From contig PBAU01000008.1 of assembly GCA_002716355.1 (NCBI GenBank), positions 18,457 to 50,456 on the forward strand: a DNA stretch of 32,000 nucleotides. Direction: 5' to 3'. The translations under genes and the position numbers were made by a program. The DNA is from a bacterium. GTDB lineage: Bacteria; UBP7; UBA6624. This document shows positions 25,896 through 32,000 of this stretch, piece by piece; the first letter of the stretch is position 1; each line of letters begins with the position of its first letter. The notes under the pieces were generated by a model. The model worked only from the letters and a program-made list of their open reading frames with translations, was not told the origin of the DNA and did no database searches.

Positions 25896-27416
25896 TTATA
25901 CAAACTCAATACCTTGAGCTAAAGGCAATTCTTTTGAATAGTTAACAGTACTTGTTTGTCTTCTCATATAAGCCTTCCAAGAATCAGAGCCTGCTTCCCT
26001 ACCCCCTCCTGTCTCTTTTTCACCACCAAAAGCTCCGCCAATTTCAGCTCCTGAAGTTCCAGTATTAACATTGGCTAAGCCGCAATCAGAGCCCATATAA
26101 GAAACAAAAGCTTCTGATTCCTTCATGTTTTCAGTAATAATTGATGACGATAAACCTTGGGGTACGCAATTATTCAATTCAATTGCTTGTTTTACATTTT
26201 TTATTTTCATGATGTAAAGAATCGGAGCGAAAACCTCATGAGACATCATAGGTATATGGTTGTCAACCTCTACAATTGTGGGTTCAACAAAATAACCTTT
26301 CTGGTTTAATCTTTCTCCCCCGCAAAGAATTTTTCCACCTTGATTTTTAATTTCATCAAGAGCATTCAAGAAATCAGAAATTGCAGACTCAGATACAAGT
26401 GGACCCATTAAAGTTTTATCATCCAAAGGATTTCCTATTTTGACCTGCTTGTAGCCTGCAAGTAACTTCTGCTTCAATTCTTCATAAATATCCTCATGTG
26501 CAAAAATCCTTCTTGTTGTAGTGCACCTTTGTCCTGAAGTCCCAACAGCTCCAAATAAAATAGCTCTTGAGGCTAACTCCAAATCAGCTGACTTCATAAC
26601 AGACATTGCATTATTTCCACCAAGCTCTAGTATTGTTGACCCAAGTCTCTCGCCTACATTGACAGCAACTTTTTTACCCATTGCTGTTGAACCTGTAGCA
26701 CTTATCAAAGGCACCCTGCTGTCACAAACCAATGGAGATCCAACATTATGCCTGTCTCCAAGTAAAAGGCTCACAACTGCGCCAAAGCCATCTTTTTCCA
26801 AAACTCTTGCTGCTATTTTTGTAGTCGCCAAGGCTGTTAGAGGTGTCTGCATGCTTGGCTTCCATATGCAAACATCACCACAGACCATTGCCAAAAACGC
26901 ATTCCAACTCCAAACTGCAACAGGAAAATTAAAAGCAGAAATTATTCCAACCAAACCTAAAGGATGCCATTGTTCCATCAACCTATGCCCAGGTCTTTCA
27001 CTTGCAATATTCAATCCATAAAGTTGTCTGGAAAGTCCGACTGAGTAATCGGCCATATCAATCATTTCCTGAACCTCACCCTCTCCCTCAACTCTTATCT
27101 TTCCCATTTCCAAAGAAACCAAAGCGCCTAATTCTTTTTTGTACTTCCTAAGCTCCTCTCCAATTTTTCTAACATACTCACCCCTAACAGGAGCAGGTAA
27201 AGCTTTCCACTTGTCAAAAACTTTTGAACATTCATTTAAAACAGTTTCATAGTCTTCTTTATCGCAAGTCCTAACGCTTGAAATCAAATTTCCATCTGTT
27301 GGATTAAGAGACTCGACAACTGACCCTCCGCCCTCGATCCAACGACCACAGTAAGCTGCAGGATTTAATTCTTGCAAATCTAAGGATTTCAATATATTTT
27401 TAATTTCGTTATTCAT
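25896..27416 (-). CDS. ALDH7-family aldehyde dehydrogenase (alpha-aminoadipic semialdehyde / piperideine-6-carboxylate dehydrogenase type)
   Basis: ELGGNNA (the ALDH7 variant of ELGGKS), catalytic QRCTT, and a C-terminal GGEKETGGGREAGSDSWKAYMRRQTSTVNYSKELPLAQGIEF that closely matches the antiquitin tail as I remember it. Confidence 0.88.
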   Translation of the reverse strand: MNNEIKNILKSLDLQELNPAAYCGRWIEGGGSVVESLNPTDGNLISSVRTCDKEDYETVLNECSKVFDKWKALPAPVRGEYVRKIGEELRKYKKELGALVSLEMGKIRVEGEGEVQEMIDMADYSVGLSRQLYGLNIASERPGHRLMEQWHPLGLVGIISAFNFPVAVWSWNAFLAMVCGDVCIWKPSMQTPLTALATTKIAARVLEKDGFGAVVSLLLGDRHNVGSPLVCDSRVPLISATGSTAMGKKVAVNVGERLGSTILELGGNNAMSVMKSADLELASRAILFGAVGTSGQRCTTTRRIFAHEDIYEELKQKLLAGYKQVKIGNPLDDKTLMGPLVSESAISDFLNALDEIKNQGGKILCGGERLNQKGYFVEPTIVEVDNHIPMMSHEVFAPILYIMKIKNVKQAIELNNCVPQGLSSSIITENMKESEAFVSYMGSDCGLANVNTGTSGAEIGGAFGGEKETGGGREAGSDSWKAYMRRQTSTVNYSKELPLAQGIEFV

Positions 27417-27418
27417 AA

Positions 27419-27997
27419 TTATTTTTCCTCCATGAAAAATGGCACAAAATCTCCATCTGCAATTTTTTTCACAACAGAAGGATACAGTTTGTGTTCTTCT
27501 TTTAAGATTCTAGAAGATAGTTTTTCTTCATCATCTCCCTTTAAAACAGGAACTACACGCTGATCGATGATCGGCCCTGTATCGACACCCTCATCAACCC
27601 AATGAACAGTGCATCCAGAAAAAGGAAATTTTGATTCCAAAACCCTTTGATGCACATTTAAACCCGGAAAAGCTGGTAGTAAACTTGGATGAATATTCAC
27701 AATCCAACCTTTCATAAAATTTATTAGTTCAGGGCTAATGATTCGCATGAATCCAGCAAGACAGACTAGCTGAATTTTATGCTTCTCTAAAAGGCTTACA
27801 ATTTCCGACTCCCATTCTTTATCTGACAAAACAAAAAAAGGAATTTTATTTTTCTTTGCGTAATCAATACCTTTGGCAGATGCATTATTACTGATTAAAA
27901 TCTTTATATCAGCAACACCAATCTGACCCTTTTTTTGGGCATCTACCAATGAAGAAAAATTAGATCCTCTTCCAGATATCAACACAGCTAAATTCAT
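27419..27997 (-). CDS. purN: Phosphoribosylglycinamide formyltransferase PurN
   Basis: LAVLISGRGSN, LAGFMRI and NIHPSLLPAFPG motifs. 192 aa. ATGA overlap with pnp. Confidence 0.9.
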   Translation of the reverse strand: MNLAVLISGRGSNFSSLVDAQKKGQIGVADIKILISNNASAKGIDYAKKNKIPFFVLSDKEWESEIVSLLEKHKIQLVCLAGFMRIISPELINFMKGWIVNIHPSLLPAFPGLNVHQRVLESKFPFSGCTVHWVDEGVDTGPIIDQRVVPVLKGDDEEKLSSRILKEEHKLYPSVVKKIADGDFVPFFMEEK

Positions 27998-30111
27998 TTA
28001 TTTAAGATTAATGAAACCTTCCCGTCTCTTCTTATCTCCTTAACCTTCACACTAATCTCCTCTCCAACTTTATAAAGAGCAATTAAATCCTTTTCATTCA
28101 ATCGACCTGATTTGCCTTTTTTGTCTACTTCAGAAATATGCAATAAACCTTCAGTTCTACCAAAAAGACTAACAAATAAACCAAATTCCCTGATTGATGT
28201 GACCTTGCCTTCGTAAATCTCTCCTGCCTTAGCTGTCTTAAACAATAAATCAATCCTTTGCTTGGCCATCTCTCCTGCTTCTGCATTTGGAGCTGTCACA
28301 ACAACCAAAGCATTATGGTCATCAAACTCATCATCAATATCAATTTTCACATCGCAATCACCTTGAATCGACTTGATCATCTTTCCACCAGGCCCTATAA
28401 GAGTTGAAACATCAGATTTTCCAATCTTTTTCTGGAATATCTTTGGTGCAGATTCTGAAACCTTTCTTTCGCCTCCTGCTTCCTCTTTTATAACATCAAG
28501 CAATCCATTTCTAACAATTCTTGCTTCTTCAAGTATGTCAGGAATAAATTCCTGTTTTATACCCTCACCTTTAACGTCTACTTGAATTGCGGTAATTCCA
28601 TTAACTGTACCTGCTACTTTGAAATCCATCTCACCATAAAAATCTTCTATTCCCTCTATATCTCTTAGTAAAACATGTCCATCTTCATCAGACATCAACC
28701 CTATTGAAATACCTGCTACAGGCTCAATTAAAGGCACTCCTCCGTCTAGAAGTGCTAAAGTTGCAGCACATGTTGATCCCATTGATGTCGAACCATTACT
28801 TGAAGTACACTCAGAAACAACCCTAACCGTGTAGGGAAACTTTTCTTCAGAAGGAAAAACAGCTGCTATTGCTTTTTCAACCAATGCACCATGCCCTATT
28901 TCCCTTCTTCCTGGCCCTCTCATCCAACCTGCCTCACCAACAGAATAAGGTGGGAAATTGTAATGATGCATAAACCTTTTTTCACCAACAGGTGACAAAT
29001 CATCAATTTTTTGCTTGTCTCCAGGAGAGCCAAGGGTCAAAAACGAAACAACCTGGGTTCCACCTCTTTGAAATAAAGAGCTGCCGTGCATTCCTTTAAT
29101 CAATGAGACCTGAGCGTCAATTTCTCTAAGTTCATCAGTTTTCCTTGAACACCTTCTCAATCCATGCTTTAAAACATTCTCTCTTACAACCTTTTTTTCC
29201 AAAATGTTAAAAGAATTCATAAACTCCTTAATGTCATTAGGTTCTTCCAAACTCAAAGACTCAAGAATATCATTTTTAAGAATATTAACTTTTGCTGAAA
29301 ATTCAGCTTTCTTTAAATCATCCTTGTATATCTTTGTGTAGTTTTTCTTGAAATCATCCAAAGCTTTGCCAGTTACAAACTCTTTATTTTCTACATCTGG
29401 AACTAAAGTCTTTTCTTTACCAATTTTTGAAACTATCTTATCCACAAAACCTTTCAGTATGAGACTTTGCTCATACGCAAAATCTATTCCTTTCAGGACA
29501 TCTTCTTCAGGGGATTGCTTCCCGTCTAGTTCAATCATGACAACATTTTTTTTGTAAAAAGAAACAAACAGATCCATATCCTGCTCATCTTCTTGAGAAA
29601 AAGCTGGATTTAATACAAATTCACCATTCAACTTTCCAAGGTGCACAGGCATCATCTCCCCAGCAAAAGGAATATCACTCGCAGCCAATGCGATCGAAGC
29701 CCCTAGTGTGGCAAGCCAAGATGTATTTTCATCTTGCGAAGTTATATATGGTGTAATAACCATATGGACATCTCTTCTTAAATGAGAAGGGAATAATGGT
29801 CTGATAGATCTATCAATGATTCTTGAAGTCAATATAGCTCTTTCTGTAGGTCTAGCTTCTCTTCTGAAAAAACTACCAGGTATTTTCCCAATCGCATAAA
29901 ACTTCTCTTCATAATCTACAGTCAATGGGAAAAAGTCCACATCCTTCTCTTGACCCATAGTTGCAGCAACAAAAACTTGCTGATCACCATAAGAAAGCAA
30001 AATGGAAGTATTTGCCTGAGGGGCAATCCTACCCATAGTTACTTTTAACTCTTTACCGTTGAAATTTACTGATTCTTCAAATTCAACTCTTTTAATTCTT
30101 TTAATTTTCAT
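27994..30111 (-). CDS. pnp: Polyribonucleotide nucleotidyltransferase (PNPase)
   Basis: Two RNase PH-like domains (FFRREARPTERAILTSRIIDRSIRPLF; EIGHGALVEKA), followed by KH (IGPGGKMIKSIQ) and S1 (GEIYEGKVTSIREFGLFV) domains. Confidence 0.95.
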   Translation of the reverse strand: MKIKRIKRVEFEESVNFNGKELKVTMGRIAPQANTSILLSYGDQQVFVAATMGQEKDVDFFPLTVDYEEKFYAIGKIPGSFFRREARPTERAILTSRIIDRSIRPLFPSHLRRDVHMVITPYITSQDENTSWLATLGASIALAASDIPFAGEMMPVHLGKLNGEFVLNPAFSQEDEQDMDLFVSFYKKNVVMIELDGKQSPEEDVLKGIDFAYEQSLILKGFVDKIVSKIGKEKTLVPDVENKEFVTGKALDDFKKNYTKIYKDDLKKAEFSAKVNILKNDILESLSLEEPNDIKEFMNSFNILEKKVVRENVLKHGLRRCSRKTDELREIDAQVSLIKGMHGSSLFQRGGTQVVSFLTLGSPGDKQKIDDLSPVGEKRFMHHYNFPPYSVGEAGWMRGPGRREIGHGALVEKAIAAVFPSEEKFPYTVRVVSECTSSNGSTSMGSTCAATLALLDGGVPLIEPVAGISIGLMSDEDGHVLLRDIEGIEDFYGEMDFKVAGTVNGITAIQVDVKGEGIKQEFIPDILEEARIVRNGLLDVIKEEAGGERKVSESAPKIFQKKIGKSDVSTLIGPGGKMIKSIQGDCDVKIDIDDEFDDHNALVVVTAPNAEAGEMAKQRIDLLFKTAKAGEIYEGKVTSIREFGLFVSLFGRTEGLLHISEVDKKGKSGRLNEKDLIALYKVGEEISVKVKEIRRDGKVSLILNK

Positions 30112-30117
30112 ATTTTT

Positions 30118-31440
30118 TTAAACTCCTTTAATTTTTTCTTTTTTATTTAAATTTTCTTTTGTTTTTGAGAAATCTTTTTTTGGTCTATTTGAAATCTCAA
30201 ATTTTATCGGAACTCCTGAAAGCGGAAAAAAACGCCTTAAGCCAGTTTCAAGAGATCTAATATGATTACTGTCTATCTTTTCTGAATCAGAAACAAACAA
30301 CCTGATCCTAGGGGGTGAATTGCCTGTTTGAACAGAATAAAAATGCTTGCAAGCCCTATTGCCTGTCTGGGGCCAAGAGATAGTGACATCTTGAAATATT
30401 TTATTAATTGTTGCAGTTTGCATTTGAATTGATTTGCGAGTTAGCAAGTCTCCAATGATGGTTACAAGATCATTAACCCCCTCGCCTGTTTTTCCTGAAA
30501 TATTATGAATCTCAACAAATCTGCAAAATGAAGGGACCTCTTCAACTTCTATTCCAAGATCAGACTTACCAGCCAAAATCATCAAAGCGGCTCCAGCCTC
30601 GATAAGATCTCCGATAATTCGACAATCCTGCCTTGTAATTCCTTCCTGTGGGTCAACCATAACCAAACCTACATCAACATTGTTGATTGCCGATATTGTC
30701 CTTCTTCTTGAATAAACCTCGACATTGCTTTTCGGTCTTCTTTTGTTCATCCCTCCAGTGTCAACTAAAACAGCATTACATTCCTGCCAAAGGCCTTCAA
30801 CAATATCTCTTGTTGTATTGTTCTCATGGCTAGTCACACTTATTTCTTGTTTCATGATATTGTTAAAAAGTGTAGACTTGCCAACACCGGGTCTCCCGAA
30901 TATACCGATTGATTTAAGCCCATTGAGATCATCAAAATCAACTTTTGGTAAAAACCTTTTTATCTCTTTTAGCAAATCTCTCAAACCATAATTTGTTTGC
31001 GATGAAATAAAAAGAGGCTTGCTCGGTAAAGGCCCTATATTGTTCCAAGATTCAGCTTTAACTTGCTCATCGTCAATCTTGTTGACAACAATAATGTAAT
31101 CTGAATCTGAAATCTCTAATGTCTTTATAAGCTTCTTCTCGTAAGATGTTATTGCTCGTTTTCCATCGAGAACAAGTAAAAACAACTCACATTCTTCTTT
31201 TAAGCTTTCAGTTAAGGATAATATTTTTTTATCAAGCTCTGTTTTTGGACCCTCTTGATAGCCCGCTGTGTCTACAATCCAAAAACCTTCGCCAGAAACC
31301 TTATGCAGTACAGCATCCCTTGTGATTCCAGGCTCACTGGATGTTATGGATTTTCTATTTTTGGAAAGCTTGTTAGCTATAGTTGACTTGCCAACATTAG
31401 GAACGCCGAGAAGCGCCACCAAAGGTTTTGGCCTACTCAC
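30118..31440 (-). CDS. der: Ribosome-associated double-GTPase Der (EngA)
   Basis: Two GTPase domains (GVPNVGKST...DTAG...NKID; GRPGVGKSTLFN...DTGG) and a C-terminal KH-like domain. GTG start at 31440. Confidence 0.93.
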   Translation of the reverse strand: MSRPKPLVALLGVPNVGKSTIANKLSKNRKSITSSEPGITRDAVLHKVSGEGFWIVDTAGYQEGPKTELDKKILSLTESLKEECELFLLVLDGKRAITSYEKKLIKTLEISDSDYIIVVNKIDDEQVKAESWNNIGPLPSKPLFISSQTNYGLRDLLKEIKRFLPKVDFDDLNGLKSIGIFGRPGVGKSTLFNNIMKQEISVTSHENNTTRDIVEGLWQECNAVLVDTGGMNKRRPKSNVEVYSRRRTISAINNVDVGLVMVDPQEGITRQDCRIIGDLIEAGAALMILAGKSDLGIEVEEVPSFCRFVEIHNISGKTGEGVNDLVTIIGDLLTRKSIQMQTATINKIFQDVTISWPQTGNRACKHFYSVQTGNSPPRIRLFVSDSEKIDSNHIRSLETGLRRFFPLSGVPIKFEISNRPKKDFSKTKENLNKKEKIKGV

Positions 31441-31611
31441 GAGCCTGTATAAAAATCTTGGATCAAGGAAACAGGAAAAATGCCTGAATCAATATAGCTT
31501 ATATTTTTTTTCATTTCACTTTTTTTCGTCGTACTAAGTCGCTTCTACCTCTATTAAGATTTTTATACTCAGGGTAATTTTATCACACTTTGCTCTGTTA
31601 GGATAATACCT

Positions 31612-32000
31612 ATGAGAATTGCACTAATTTTTACTTTGTTGTTTACATTCCTTAATGAGCAGAATGACACAGCTTCTGAGAATACATTAAATTTTATATT
31701 TGAGGATCAAATTTCATTCATGATTAACGATGAGGAAACAAAATCAAAATATTCTCTTGCAGGACATTTAACTGAATCTTCAAATGGCTTAGTGGTCAAT
31801 CTTGAATCAATAACAATTAATGATGAATTGTTTGAGTTTGAAAAAAAAATAAGCACAAATTACACTTTTTTGGAATTTGAAGCAATCCAGAAAACAAACC
31901 TGCTGATTGATAAAGTCGAGGAGGCAGCCGAAGAGGTGGTCGAGGAGGCAGCCGAAGAGGTGGTCGAGGAGGCAGCCGAAGAGGTGGTCGAGGAGGCAGC
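31612..32000 (+). CDS. Exported repeat protein, 3'-truncated by the window edge (absent from the ORF track)
   Basis: ATG at 31612 with AGGA 8 nt upstream. I translated frame 1 to nt 32000 with no stop: MRIALIFTLLFTFLNEQNDT...LLIDK(VEEAAEEV)x3+. The N-terminus is hydrophobic. Confidence 0.6.
   Translation, partial: MRIALIFTLLFTFLNEQNDTASENTLNFIFEDQISFMINDEETKSKYSLAGHLTESSNGLVVNLESITINDELFEFEKKISTNYTFLEFEAIQKTNLLIDKVEEAAEEVVEEAAEEVVEEAAEEVVEEA
31915..32000 (+). repeat. Perfect 24-bp in-frame tandem repeat, 3 full copies plus 14 nt, running off the window
   Basis: gtcgaggaggcagccgaagaggtg at 31915-31938, 31939-31962 and 31963-31986, then 31987-32000 partial. All copies are identical. Encodes VEEAAEEV. 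It is far more GC-rich than the surrounding sequence. Confidence 0.92.

Noticed and set aside
26521-27021. 166-aa ORF antisense to the ALDH gene. Similar long antisense ORFs occur at 6135-6542 (grpE), 4909-5316 (dnaJ), 19226-19636 (ligA), 1056-1409 and 1436-1732 (repeat protein).
   Set aside because: Each lies fully inside a confidently identified gene on the other strand. Their translations are low-complexity (S/P/L/F-rich), and none has an RBS or a recognisable motif. These are typical shadow ORFs.
29438-29446. Perfect DnaA-box consensus TTATCCACA
   Set aside because: It is a single isolated copy inside the pnp coding sequence. There is no cluster, no AT-rich unwinding element and no dnaA/dnaN nearby, so it is probably a chance occurrence.

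Overview
AT-rich, very compact chromosomal core region of a diderm (LPS-making) bacterium. It does not look like an accessory or defence island. By my own gene calls only about 584 of 32,000 nt lie outside a gene, and many neighbouring genes overlap by 4 nt (ATGA) or 1 nt (TAATG).

Minus strand, block 1 (8360 -> 2494): heat-shock operon dnaK-grpE-dnaJ-hspR, then an FmdB-type zinc-ribbon gene, a peptidase-C26 class-I amidotransferase, tRNA-Ala(UGC) and a choline-monooxygenase-like Rieske oxygenase.

Plus strand (8530 -> 18809): small membrane-anchored protein, 3-POTRA Omp85/BamA-family protein, lpxD, lpxA, Gfo/Idh/MocA oxidoreductase, GT2 glycosyltransferase, SAM methyltransferase, a long exported TlpA-type thioredoxin protein, an Fpr-type ferredoxin-NADP reductase with an N-terminal extension, and a small OM beta-barrel.

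Minus strand, block 2 (31440 -> 18799): der, pnp, purN, ALDH7-type aldehyde dehydrogenase, lipoprotein, mreB, two tandem MreC-like genes, mreD, mrdA (PBP2), secG, tRNA-Leu(GAG), ligA.

Both window edges cut through exported repeat proteins.

I found no CRISPR array, transposase, integrase, toxin-antitoxin pair or recognisable defence system. The most unusual items are:
- A CXXC-less thioredoxin-fold domain at the C-terminus of an Ig/PKD repeat protein, together with a second, canonical TlpA protein that has a novel N-terminal architecture.
- Two tandem MreC-like genes where one mreC is normally found.
- A perfect-looking hspR operon with no HAIR or CIRCE operator, but a 24-bp tandem repeat sitting on the dnaK promoter.
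- A Gram-positive-type (insert-less) DnaK in an LPS/BamA-encoding genome.
- Perfect in-frame tandem repeats, one of them strikingly GC-rich.

All functional calls come from motif recognition by eye and need a database search to confirm.
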